IMG/VR virus record: IMGVR_UViG_3300009376_000002
DNA from: an uncultured virus (IMG/VR IMGVR_UViG_3300009376_000002)
Taxonomy: Duplodnaviria > Heunggongvirae > Uroviricota > Caudoviricetes
DNA length: 64,000 nt
Direction: 5' to 3' (one strand)
The notes beneath the pieces are model-generated. The model worked only from the letters and a program-made list of their open reading frames with translations, was not told the DNA's origin and ran no database searches. Numbering within the stretch: position 1 is the first letter of the stretch; every line of letters starts with the position of its first letter. This document shows, one piece after another, positions 1 to 10,100 of the stretch. The translations under genes and the position numbers were made by a program.

Positions 1-2
1 CT

Positions 3-2678
3 ATTAATTTTTCCCATTTTGTACCAAAAGAACCCACAGATGGTATTCAACCAGTTAGTCTCGATCTAGAAGTTGATTCTACTAAGGTAAAAGCCCCCGG
101 TTACGACCTCTACCAACCAGGGGATTTTGGTAATGTTGCACAAGATCTTGAGTTTGTTTTTACGATCCTTAGATCCTCAGGGGAAGAAGGTGACAAGATC
201 GGCCCCCCAATTCCAGGGGTTTCTTTTTCAAAGCCCTATGACATGGACGAAGATCTAGATGCTTATTATATCGCTAGACATCCCGTAAAGATCACTGCTG
301 CAGCGACCTCTTATGACCAGACTTTAGTTACACTTTATAAATCGGCTACTTGCAATGCAGAGTCTGCTGCAGTATTCAGGAGGGTAATATCTCCTGACGG
401 TGAACCCAGCAGCTTTCAATTCGTAACCAATGTTGACTTTTCGGGAGAGAACGATACTTTAATTGACGAGAGCTATACAGTTTCCTTTGTCGATGGCAAC
501 CCAACATCAAATCCAGATGTACCTTTCGGAGTAATTGATAACACTTTTGCGTACCAATATCGGGTAATTCCTATCGGGCAGAGGAAGGCCCCGTCTTACG
601 TTTACAGAGATTCTTTCACGACGCCAATAACTCAAGCCAGTGTCTCTATCGGTGACAATTTTAGAATTCTTCCTGTTTTTGCTCGAGGTGTACACCCGAG
701 AAACGGAGCTGCAGACGTAATAGGTTACCAGCTCACAGATGATAATTTTTTATCACCAAGTGCCCCAATGGTGAAGTCAACTTCAGATCTAGCTATTGTC
801 TCTTACAGGGCACCTGATTCTGTTGGAGGAATAACAGTTGTTGTGTCGGGCAGAAAGAATAGCCAGACACCCGCTGCAATCGATTTTGTCAGAAGAGATT
901 TGTCGAAGAACGAACTAAGATTTACACTTATTAGCACTGTCACTAATTCAACACAAAACTCACGTCAAATGATCCCAGGCGGCCTCCGGGAAGGTGAACG
1001 ATTTACGCTAAGCTATGATGATACGAACGTAGTCGATGGGCACACTTACGAATATGCAGTTAGGACTTATACACGTTCAGGCATAACTCAGCTGTCAGAA
1101 GACAAGACTAATGCAACTTACTTTGATCCTAGGCTCCTCGGATCGGAAGACCTTAGCCTAGAAGTTACCTCATCTCCTTCGCTGGATGATAGCGGTAATG
1201 CAGTAATTGATTTCGATGTATTTGTTCCGCAAAATGTTATTTCTCTTCTCGAGTCCCTTCTGAATAATCGCATAGGTGATCGAGAATCTCCCTTTGCACA
1301 AGATATCATTAATCAAAGAAGAAACTTGTCGCCCCAGCCTGTACCTGTCATTAGGCGTCTCAATCTAGTGACAGGCGAAGAAGTCTCTTTTAAGCTAATG
1401 GGCAGTACAGCTAAAATGTTTGATCTAACTGATAGCGGCACCGCTAACACAACACAGAATAGGTTTTCTTATCGATTCACAGACGATTCGGTTTCACCTG
1501 GAGGCGAATATCAATATGAAGTCTTAGTTAATTTGCGTGACCCGCTTAGCGTGACTGATGAGATAACTTCTGTAGTTGAGAGAACTCGACAACCGTACTT
1601 GTTTCAATCTTGCAAGATACACAACCCGCTATTTGTCAAGAGGGGAATTCTTCCCCCGACAGAAAGAGGACAAAATAAAATTCTACAAAGAAATATCAAC
1701 ACAGGAAGAGATCGACTCTTGAATCTGCTAACACCGGCAGATACATGGGATCTGGGAAGAACTAGTTTACATAGCCTGGTGCCCAATTCTCCTCTCGTCA
1801 TCCCGGAGACGGGAACAGATATTAGTAGCCCGAAAGTTCAGACTACAAAAATAGGAGAAGCAACAGTAACCTGGAGCATCAAGGGAAGAAATTCTGATAT
1901 CGACCACTTTAGCGTCTTTGCAATCGATGCATATGAGGATAATGAAAGAAATATATTGACTAAAAAATCATTGGTTGCTAACATTCCTGCACAATTAGGG
2001 TACAATTTTATTGTGGCCAGCAAGATGCCCAGGCTCAAAGAGGAAGATCGACGACAATTTACTCTCCCGCTAAGCATGACAATTGATATTCTCGATCTCC
2101 AGCGCTCGGTCGACCGACACGAAGTTTCTGTGAGTAGATCTTACCAGATTGTTACTGTAAATTCAAAGGGCTCTATAAGCAACGTTAGTGAGACAGAAAA
2201 AACTGAGATCTGGAGTTCTAGACTGAAAAGATTCACCACAAATTCAGGTAGAGAACTAAAATTTGTGACGCCGCCTGCTAACGTTTTTGAAGGGAAAGAA
2301 GCTCCCGGGAACGGTATGTCAATTCAAGATCAAGCTAGAGAATTTGCTGAAGCAAGACCTCGTGAAGGCGGCAATAAAGGTATCAATAATAATATGGTCC
2401 AATTCGACAATTATGTCGCAGGACAAAATAACAACGGCATGAGGGACGGAGCTCCTTACGCCCAAGATAATCGCAATATCGATAACAGAAGACAAGATAA
2501 TAGAAATGCAAAGTTAGACCAGGATGCCCCTAGATTTGGGGCTAATTTACCCGGGATGAACCAGGCACCACCAGATCAGAATAAAAGAGGTGGTCCGCAA
2601 GTCTCACCCGGAGAGCTGGATAAGAATAGGAATGGCGGTCAAAAGGTTCAAGCAGGTAATTTCCGGTGGGGAGGCTAG
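3..2678 (+). CDS. Large hypothetical protein with FN3/Ig-like beta segments, probably virion-associated; 5'-truncated by the window edge
   Basis: The frame of the ATG at 243 is open back to position 3. FN3-like strings YDDTNVVDGHTYEYAVRTY and FTDDSVSPGGEYQYEV. N/G/Q-rich low-complexity C-terminus. Confidence 0.55.
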   Translation: MNFSHFVPKEPTDGIQPVSLDLEVDSTKVKAPGYDLYQPGDFGNVAQDLEFVFTILRSSGEEGDKIGPPIPGVSFSKPYDMDEDLDAYYIARHPVKITAAATSYDQTLVTLYKSATCNAESAAVFRRVISPDGEPSSFQFVTNVDFSGENDTLIDESYTVSFVDGNPTSNPDVPFGVIDNTFAYQYRVIPIGQRKAPSYVYRDSFTTPITQASVSIGDNFRILPVFARGVHPRNGAADVIGYQLTDDNFLSPSAPMVKSTSDLAIVSYRAPDSVGGITVVVSGRKNSQTPAAIDFVRRDLSKNELRFTLISTVTNSTQNSRQMIPGGLREGERFTLSYDDTNVVDGHTYEYAVRTYTRSGITQLSEDKTNATYFDPRLLGSEDLSLEVTSSPSLDDSGNAVIDFDVFVPQNVISLLESLLNNRIGDRESPFAQDIINQRRNLSPQPVPVIRRLNLVTGEEVSFKLMGSTAKMFDLTDSGTANTTQNRFSYRFTDDSVSPGGEYQYEVLVNLRDPLSVTDEITSVVERTRQPYLFQSCKIHNPLFVKRGILPPTERGQNKILQRNINTGRDRLLNLLTPADTWDLGRTSLHSLVPNSPLVIPETGTDISSPKVQTTKIGEATVTWSIKGRNSDIDHFSVFAIDAYEDNERNILTKKSLVANIPAQLGYNFIVASKMPRLKEEDRRQFTLPLSMTIDILDLQRSVDRHEVSVSRSYQIVTVNSKGSISNVSETEKTEIWSSRLKRFTTNSGRELKFVTPPANVFEGKEAPGNGMSIQDQAREFAEARPREGGNKGINNNMVQFDNYVAGQNNNGMRDGAPYAQDNRNIDNRRQDNRNAKLDQDAPRFGANLPGMNQAPPDQNKRGGPQVSPGELDKNRNGGQKVQAGNFRWGG

Positions 2679-2687
2679 GTAGCAAAA

Positions 2688-5600
2688 ATGGGTGGTAAAA
2701 ATAACGCGGGAGTTCCAAAAGGCATCGGCAAAGGCGGGCATGGAAACCCACCTGTAGTCACCAATAAGCAGACTCAAAATAACAATAAAGGCGGAAAAGG
2801 CGCCGGCAAAGGCGGAGGCAAAGGCGCAGGTAAAGGCGGCGCCGGCGGCCAGGATGGTGAAGATGCAAATAACGAAGTAGACGCCGACGCAATCGCCAAT
2901 AACATGGCCCGCTTTCAAGCCGGAATGCAAGCCCAGGCCATAACAGATAGAAGTGATATTGCAAGAGGCGCACTGGCTAACCAGACAACCCAGTCCTCGC
3001 TATCTTTTGCACCTGAATTACAGGAACCCATAGCAGTTGATAAGCAAGATGGCATAAGCTTGGTGGAGCTTGATGGAAGTGAGTTCCCTGTTCACGAACG
3101 AGGAATCTCCATTCGGAAGCCTGAATTAGTCGCTGTGTTTAATTTTGAGCCCGTATTTTCAGGAAACAGAGTCCACGGCAATCCCGGGAATGCTGAGCGC
3201 CTCTTGACTGATGCAGGAAAATTTGTCGATGCACAAGTGAACGCCAGAAAGATAAGAATAAGTGACATTGAGGTGCTTTTCAACGAGCTCTCTGAAGATC
3301 CTGAAAGTCCGTCGGGAAAAATCACGCAAAATATGATTGAAATCTTGGAGGGGAAGATCAGCGAAGTCAACCAGGACTTTGCAACGATAGACTCTGCTTC
3401 TAAGAGCGTGAGCATGTTCTTGGACGCCTTGAATTTAAAGAATCCAAGTGAATCTATAGCTAAAAAATTCCTGGAGATTAGGAAGGCCAGGTTTGAGAGA
3501 AACCCGCTTCTTCTTCCTGACAAATTTATAAGAGAGATGGATTTTCGAACTATCTTAAAGAAAAATCATGGTTTTACCGATGAGCAAATTAACGCCTTTT
3601 CGTCTACTAAGCTTTTTCTCTATTTTCTTTACGACATCAGATCTCTTCTTATGGGCCCGATTGAGAACCCAAATTATCCACTTCCCTACAGGGGAATAGG
3701 AAAGCTAGCGGATCGTCGACTCAATGACATTCCAGAGGGACGCGATGTATTCTTACCCAGGACACGCATTGGTGGCCATCCCAATTCTAAAACGCTTTTT
3801 GCAGTTCCTTTGATTGACGCTACAGACGGATATGGAAGAGGTGCATTTGGAAGCGGAATATGCTCCCTGAGTGTTGCCGGCTTGACCGACGAAGGCAACA
3901 AGACAAGCTTCCTGGGTCAAATCACTCAAAACAGAGATATTTCAAAGGTCGGCGTTCAGGCAACTACGAAAGAATTGTATAACGCTACACTTGAAGGGGT
4001 AGGGGCCGGCCTCATCGCGTCCACAATATGCACTGATCTAGCATTCTCTTCTGCGCTGGGTAATGATGAATTCGTCCAGGGCCTAAAGGCTTCATTCCCC
4101 GCCCGGTCTGTAACAACTCGCGTTGCTGATAGGATAGCGCCCGTCCTACCGTCAGTTGCGGGAACAATCCAGAACCAGGGCGGCGTTTCACTTCTAGCTT
4201 CTGACCGAACAACTTTGCTAGGAACGACGTTTTATGATGACCCGGGCGGTGAAGAAGGTACGATCGACGCATCAAAACCTGTAAAGATTTTTGATCCTAG
4301 CGAACCAGGGCCCGTTGTGAACGGAGCCCAAAAGATACGCACAAATACCCCGTATAATAAGTTCTTGAAACCTGTCATAAATGCTTCAAACCAAAACCAG
4401 GCTGACTCTGGGGATAAGACTCTCAAAGGGTTTTTAGATCAAGTTCCTGGAACGTTCAATTCCGCCGCTGCAGCAATGGATTACATGTACGCCACAGATG
4501 ATCCAATATTAAATCCGAGAGCATTATTAAAGAGAGTGCTAACAAACATTCGGAACAGAATACCGGACCTTAACATAACCGGTCCTCTTGACCCAGATAA
4601 AAGCTTAACTTTGGGTCCTGCGATCGACTTTTGCTTGTTGTCACAAGGGTTCAAGGACGCAACGATGAAAACCGAAATATCCATCCTGAACACCGGAATG
4701 GTCGGCTACAGCGGCCCCGGCAGTAGGGAATACCATGTGCATAAGACCAATGATCTTCTTACCATGTTCCTGATCTCCTTGTCAAGAACATACTCAGGAC
4801 AAGGAAAGTATTCCGGGGTTTTGCCTGTCGCAAACGAGCAGGAGACAGCGAATTTTTCTAGAATTAACATGTTGCTAGCAAAGTACATTCATCTTAATCT
4901 GTTCAACGCATTCCGCGCGCCAAAGCATGAGCTTGCTGTAGCATCTGGTGACCTTGCAATCGAAAACGGCAGACAGGTCCGAATCAACCCTAAATTAGAT
5001 TTCACTGAAAATATTAAAGCGTATCCTTCTCCGACTTTAGGCGTCACCAAGCCAGACTTTGAAGGAAAGTCCTTCTCACCGTCAAGAAACTCAGACGGCC
5101 TTAAATACACTAACTGGAAAGAGATACAGGCTAAGCTTAAGTACTATGAGGATAATGTAAACACACCTGGCGATGTGGATGACGGTGGCGTACGCCTCTA
5201 CAAGATACCGCTGGGCCAACTTGTTGTCCTTTATGGGCACCTTGCCCCCAACACCCGAGGAGCCCAGTATGGTGCCGGCAACGCCGCCCCGCCGGCTTTA
5301 CCATTTGGATCTCTCGTTGCCACCGATGCCAACAGCACCACACCAATCAGAAGATTCAAGGGGTTTGATGTTAAGTCGCGACTACAAAGAATTACAGGCG
5401 AAGCTTACGATAGATCCATATTCAAAGACATCATTGAAGACATGGATGTGCTCTTCGAGGCAGCCATTAGTAGGGGGCCTATAGTTGATGGAACTACGGG
5501 AAGAATGATATCGTCTGGCGTTGACCCGGCTTACTTAATTTCGCTTTTAATATCAATGTATGGGCACATAGTGTTTGATCTTTTGGGAATACACTTTATC

Positions 5601-7328
5601 CCCCAGGCTGCGCACTCAGGACGAGGAGATTCTCATACGGACGGCAGAAACTGGGCAATCCGCAGTACTTGGACAGGTGCAGAAGGTTCTCTTACAGAGG
5701 CCGGTGACTGCCTTGCAGTTATGTCTATTAGGAATATTGTAAAGACACGAGAGTTCATAAATGAGCTTATTGATTTCGTTGACAACAATGTTAGTCCGGA
5801 CCCAGGCAAGCCTTTCGGGATCTTTCTAAGACAGTTCGATAAGATCGTAGGACATAACCAGGCTGTTACCCTCGATAGCATCGATTTCTTCCGGGCCCTA
5901 GGAGATCAGCTACAGTCATCAGGTGAAAACTTTCTGTCGTCTTTCCTGGGATCAAATCAGCAGACTGGAAATGAAGACTCGCTTGAAAGGGTGAGAAATA
6001 TTCTACCTCTCGCAATTCAGCCTACACAGCTCGTGTCGATGAAAAGCCAGCTGAAAGCAATCGAAGCAAAATCAGGTCTTGATCGATACTTTGATGACTT
6101 TTTTGTCGGAAGATCACAAGAAAATTTCATGTATACACTTTTATCTGACACAGCACCAAACAGATTTTTACCGAGTGGCCAACAGCTAGATTTGTCCCCA
6201 GCTACTGGAGGCAACTTAGATATAGTAACAGTAGGCATTCCGCAAGGGTTCACTGAAAATATCTTGCAGACAAACTCAGTCGATGATCCCAATGGGTTCA
6301 ATGAAAGAAAAGTGGATGTGTACGTTTTTGTCAGGGATCATATTGTCGGCAGCGGCATTAACATTTATCCGGGAAAATGGACTTTTGATTTAGGACTCTT
6401 TTTCAATAAAGCCTCAGATCCTGTTGACACCAACTCGGAAACCCGTCCTGAGATGACAACCGAGCAGGGGATAGAATTCTATAACACCGTAACAGGGAGG
6501 CCGTTTCCAAGCGCCGAATTCGCCCTAAAGAACAACGTGACTCTCAGGCGAATAAAAATTGACAATCCCACTCCTGAGATTGTCAGTCGACCGGAAGATG
6601 TAGAGAAGCAGAAGATTTTTGACAATCACGTCTATGACCAGCTTGCAAAAGTCTACATAAAGATCACAACCGGGATGGAGGTCACAGAAGAAAGCTTTTT
6701 GCTAGATTCTTCACTCGAGCAAAAGGCTGCGCTAGAACCAGATCTTTCGACTCTTAGATCCCTTTTAAATACACATCTCTCGAAGCTTCTTGGTAGGGAA
6801 GTAACTTTTGACGACTATCTTGCAGGAAACAGGAAGTTTAGGGAGCTTCTTCAAAGGCTAGAGACAGGCAAAAAGACAACTCAGATTGTTGATGAAATAA
6901 GAGCCAGAGTAGAGGGGTCAACTCCTGAGCAAGATATGCTCTCTTCTGAGGACATGGTTGCTTTTTCAAGGATGATATCTCCCAAGAATCCCATAATTAC
7001 TCCCGGATTAATGAGAGAGAAAGTTGTATCCCCGAGGGTTTTTGAAAGAGTTTTCTGTCTTTTCATTGATCCCGACAAGGTAAGAGGAGTTGCGCCTAAA
7101 AATAGCGGAGCTATTGCAAATCAAGTTAGAGAAATGTACTCAGGTACGGCAGGTATAGATCCGGTCCGAGGAAACGGTGCAGCCCTTAAATACGATGAAG
7201 CTAGGCTCACTGGACCATTAAACAATATTCCAAGAGCAAGAGCTTATGAGGTTTTAGTTGTCCCGCACGGAACACCTGTTGTGGCAGAAAACGCTCCTGA
7301 GCTTCTCTCCGACTTTAGAGATTATTAA
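2688..7328 (+). CDS. 1546-aa hypothetical protein with Gly/Lys-rich N-terminus
   Basis: Long uninterrupted ORF, tightly packed with neighbours; no recognisable catalytic motif. Confidence 0.6.
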   Translation: MGGKNNAGVPKGIGKGGHGNPPVVTNKQTQNNNKGGKGAGKGGGKGAGKGGAGGQDGEDANNEVDADAIANNMARFQAGMQAQAITDRSDIARGALANQTTQSSLSFAPELQEPIAVDKQDGISLVELDGSEFPVHERGISIRKPELVAVFNFEPVFSGNRVHGNPGNAERLLTDAGKFVDAQVNARKIRISDIEVLFNELSEDPESPSGKITQNMIEILEGKISEVNQDFATIDSASKSVSMFLDALNLKNPSESIAKKFLEIRKARFERNPLLLPDKFIREMDFRTILKKNHGFTDEQINAFSSTKLFLYFLYDIRSLLMGPIENPNYPLPYRGIGKLADRRLNDIPEGRDVFLPRTRIGGHPNSKTLFAVPLIDATDGYGRGAFGSGICSLSVAGLTDEGNKTSFLGQITQNRDISKVGVQATTKELYNATLEGVGAGLIASTICTDLAFSSALGNDEFVQGLKASFPARSVTTRVADRIAPVLPSVAGTIQNQGGVSLLASDRTTLLGTTFYDDPGGEEGTIDASKPVKIFDPSEPGPVVNGAQKIRTNTPYNKFLKPVINASNQNQADSGDKTLKGFLDQVPGTFNSAAAAMDYMYATDDPILNPRALLKRVLTNIRNRIPDLNITGPLDPDKSLTLGPAIDFCLLSQGFKDATMKTEISILNTGMVGYSGPGSREYHVHKTNDLLTMFLISLSRTYSGQGKYSGVLPVANEQETANFSRINMLLAKYIHLNLFNAFRAPKHELAVASGDLAIENGRQVRINPKLDFTENIKAYPSPTLGVTKPDFEGKSFSPSRNSDGLKYTNWKEIQAKLKYYEDNVNTPGDVDDGGVRLYKIPLGQLVVLYGHLAPNTRGAQYGAGNAAPPALPFGSLVATDANSTTPIRRFKGFDVKSRLQRITGEAYDRSIFKDIIEDMDVLFEAAISRGPIVDGTTGRMISSGVDPAYLISLLISMYGHIVFDLLGIHFIPQAAHSGRGDSHTDGRNWAIRSTWTGAEGSLTEAGDCLAVMSIRNIVKTREFINELIDFVDNNVSPDPGKPFGIFLRQFDKIVGHNQAVTLDSIDFFRALGDQLQSSGENFLSSFLGSNQQTGNEDSLERVRNILPLAIQPTQLVSMKSQLKAIEAKSGLDRYFDDFFVGRSQENFMYTLLSDTAPNRFLPSGQQLDLSPATGGNLDIVTVGIPQGFTENILQTNSVDDPNGFNERKVDVYVFVRDHIVGSGINIYPGKWTFDLGLFFNKASDPVDTNSETRPEMTTEQGIEFYNTVTGRPFPSAEFALKNNVTLRRIKIDNPTPEIVSRPEDVEKQKIFDNHVYDQLAKVYIKITTGMEVTEESFLLDSSLEQKAALEPDLSTLRSLLNTHLSKLLGREVTFDDYLAGNRKFRELLQRLETGKKTTQIVDEIRARVEGSTPEQDMLSSEDMVAFSRMISPKNPIITPGLMREKVVSPRVFERVFCLFIDPDKVRGVAPKNSGAIANQVREMYSGTAGIDPVRGNGAALKYDEARLTGPLNNIPRARAYEVLVVPHGTPVVAENAPELLSDFRDY
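2787..2849 (+). repeat. Imperfect ~12-bp coding repeat (KGxG)n
   Basis: aaaggcggaaaaggcgccggcaaaggcggaggcaaaggcgcaggtaaaggcggcgccggcggc. Confidence 0.7.
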
Positions 7329-7339
7329 GGAGCAGACTT

Positions 7340-9382
7340 ATGGCCAATGCAAACTTCGCAGAGATATCAGATGCTGCTCACATCTTTAAGATGGCCAGCC
7401 CTCTTGTTTTTGATAATTTAAGCACAGAGATACCCGTAGGTACCCAGCCTACCGAATTTGTTTATAATCACTATGTCTTCGATGAGTCTGTTGATGATGA
7501 TGCAAAAGCAGCAAAGTCCATTAAAGATCCAGATCCGAATGCTAAGCCAAGATTTGTAAGGCTTAGTTTTGGAATGCCTGCAGGAATTCCTGTCGACAAC
7601 AGGTACACTCTAGACGGCCTCAAAAAACACCTCCTGTACAATCCACCCATCCAGGATCCCCCGCCGTACGATCCCGATGCTATTGAGGCCGAAGTAGTTG
7701 AAGGGCGATTGCAAGTTTCTTCAAGAATGATCGCAAACGAGATAAGCCTCCAGGCTAAGCCTAATTTTGCAAAGTTAGATTTGCAAGACTTAAATGCTGA
7801 CACAAAGCTTTACAACCTTGTCAATACTTCTGCGCAAAAGAGAATTGCGCAAGAGAATCAAAGAGTACAAAATGATGTTGATGCGCTAAAAGAAAACTTT
7901 TTGTCTAGGAATTTCCAGAGCCAAACTGATCTGGTAAAGGTGCTAAAGCGACAAGTTCCAGCATCTGAAGATTTTATATCGAAAGCTATGCATAACCTCG
8001 CAGAGTTAAATGAGACTTACATAGACGAAGAGGAACAAAAGCAAATAGTGCAAGATAATTTCGAAGCTGTAAAGAGAGCTCGATTCACGCCTCAAATATC
8101 TATGAAGTTTATCTCAAGCCTCGTGTCGTCAGCAGTCACCGATCCGATAGGAACATATTCTGAAGAGCTAACGCCGCTCCAGGGCATAGCTTCGCAAGCT
8201 CAATCTCGAGCTATAAGCGAGTACATGCCACTAAGCCCGGGATCAGATAAGACTACTGCTAGCATCGCGGCCCCCAATCTAATCCAAAACCCACCCGACG
8301 CGGGCCCAAGAGCGGTCGCCAAGTGGCAACTGTATGCTTTGAAAATGTATTTCGCAGGATACATCATCCGAAAGAATGAGATCTTACCTGATAATTTTGT
8401 TGTTGAGAAAGAAGTGATAATGCTCAGCGCAGCACCACCCGGGACTTCACAGGCTAAGGAGTACATTGACTTTAAGGTTGCCTACGGTAGAAATTACACG
8501 TATACAGTTGAAGCTCTTTATGCTGCGACTTATCAAGTACCGTACGTGACAGATCAAGATGCCGGAAAAGGCGTAGACGATATAGCTACTGACTCAAATG
8601 CACTCCGTCAAGCTTTCTTTGTTTCTTCCCGGCGATCTAGGGCAGCATTCGTAGAGACGATAGAGAACATTCCACCTAAGCCACCGGAATCCATGCGAAT
8701 AATGTGGGATCAACAAAGCCAAGGGTCTTTGATAACATGGAATATGCCTGCTAATCCACAGCGAGACATAAAGCGCTTCCAGGTCTTGAGAAGATCTTCC
8801 ATCCAGGATCCGTTCGAATTGCAAATTGAGATTGATTTCGACCAGTCTGTTATCAAGTACCCGACGGTTGAAAGCGTTTCAAGAGAGCTTAAGATAAAAT
8901 CAAAGGCGCCAATCTTCCATTACATCGACAAGAATATCGACAAGGGAAAACCTTTCATTTATACACTAAGAAGCATAGATGCTCACGGGATGATATCGCA
9001 GTACTCCGAGCAAATATCAGTCAAATATAACCGGTTTACTAACAGGCTTGATGCAGCCCTCATTTCAACTCGAGGTGCATCAGCTCAATATCCTAATTTT
9101 AACCTTATTAGCAGAATGTTCAGCCCAACTATTAAAGATTCTAATCACACAAGAATGAAAATTTATTTTGATCCTGAATACTTAAGATTAACCAATGAGG
9201 CCCCGGGACAACAAGATCCGGAAGATGTGACACCAAAACTTTTTAATTTTGAGGGTGATGGAGGTCAAGAGCCTAGATCGAGATTTCAATTGCAAGTTCT
9301 AAATGTCGATTTACAGCAAAGTGAAACAATAGATATACTTATACCGTGCAGTAATTCTGCAAGACAAAAGTATAAACTGTAG
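7340..9382 (+). CDS. Hypothetical protein with FN3-like domains, probably virion-associated
   Basis: AAGGAG RBS upstream. FN3-like strings YIDFKVAYGRNYTYTVEA, PPKPP...ITWNMP, YIDKNIDKGKPFIYTLRSID. Confidence 0.6.
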   Translation: MANANFAEISDAAHIFKMASPLVFDNLSTEIPVGTQPTEFVYNHYVFDESVDDDAKAAKSIKDPDPNAKPRFVRLSFGMPAGIPVDNRYTLDGLKKHLLYNPPIQDPPPYDPDAIEAEVVEGRLQVSSRMIANEISLQAKPNFAKLDLQDLNADTKLYNLVNTSAQKRIAQENQRVQNDVDALKENFLSRNFQSQTDLVKVLKRQVPASEDFISKAMHNLAELNETYIDEEEQKQIVQDNFEAVKRARFTPQISMKFISSLVSSAVTDPIGTYSEELTPLQGIASQAQSRAISEYMPLSPGSDKTTASIAAPNLIQNPPDAGPRAVAKWQLYALKMYFAGYIIRKNEILPDNFVVEKEVIMLSAAPPGTSQAKEYIDFKVAYGRNYTYTVEALYAATYQVPYVTDQDAGKGVDDIATDSNALRQAFFVSSRRSRAAFVETIENIPPKPPESMRIMWDQQSQGSLITWNMPANPQRDIKRFQVLRRSSIQDPFELQIEIDFDQSVIKYPTVESVSRELKIKSKAPIFHYIDKNIDKGKPFIYTLRSIDAHGMISQYSEQISVKYNRFTNRLDAALISTRGASAQYPNFNLISRMFSPTIKDSNHTRMKIYFDPEYLRLTNEAPGQQDPEDVTPKLFNFEGDGGQEPRSRFQLQVLNVDLQQSETIDILIPCSNSARQKYKL

Positions 9383-9392
9383 GAGAGACTAA

Positions 9393-10085
9393 ATGGGTTT
9401 TTTGCAGCAAGACACCAATAATATCATTTTAGATGCAGTCCTTACCAACGAGGGAAGACGACGACTCGCAGCCAACGATGGAAGCTTTCGAGTAGTTGCT
9501 TTCTCTCTCGGTGACGATGAAGTTGATTATAGTATTATTCAAAAATTTGGCAGAAATGTCGGAAGAGAAAAGATCGAGAAGAATACTCCGATTTTTGAGG
9601 CACTTACAAACGCTACTTTGGAAAGTAGAAGCAGGTTGATCACAATAGCAGACTCAAATAAAGTCTCTCTTGCAACTTATTCTCTTACAAATACGCCCCT
9701 GACCTTCAATAACGTAACAGGAACACCAGATAAGCGGCCAGATGTGCAAGCAACTCTACAAGCGCCAGATTCTTCAGACATACCCTCAGAGATACAGGAC
9801 TCTGTCCTGGTTGTCTCTGCTGATAGAAGATTTGTTCAAGTGTCCGATTTCACACCCTTCCAGACGGTTGATAATACAGATTATTATAATATTGTTGCAT
9901 CAAGTAGAGACGCAAGAACTAGCGTGTTTAGCATTCCATTCGCGCCCAAGACGCTTATTGACCAGGACTTCACTATCTACGGGAACAGCACTAACAAGAC
10001 GCAAATTAGCACGTTTGCGACAATTCAGGGAAGACAATCAGGGCTTTCCAAAACTTTCAATATAAAGCTGAACAAGACACAGTAA
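9393..10085 (+). CDS. Putative baseplate/tail-fibre attachment protein
   Basis: AGGAG RBS. N-terminus IILDAVLTNEGRRRLA...FSLGDDEVDY resembles the LTxxG start of tail-collar/fibre-anchor domains. Confidence 0.55.
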   Translation: MGFLQQDTNNIILDAVLTNEGRRRLAANDGSFRVVAFSLGDDEVDYSIIQKFGRNVGREKIEKNTPIFEALTNATLESRSRLITIADSNKVSLATYSLTNTPLTFNNVTGTPDKRPDVQATLQAPDSSDIPSEIQDSVLVVSADRRFVQVSDFTPFQTVDNTDYYNIVASSRDARTSVFSIPFAPKTLIDQDFTIYGNSTNKTQISTFATIQGRQSGLSKTFNIKLNKTQ

Positions 10086-10100
10086 TTTTAAGAGGATCAA

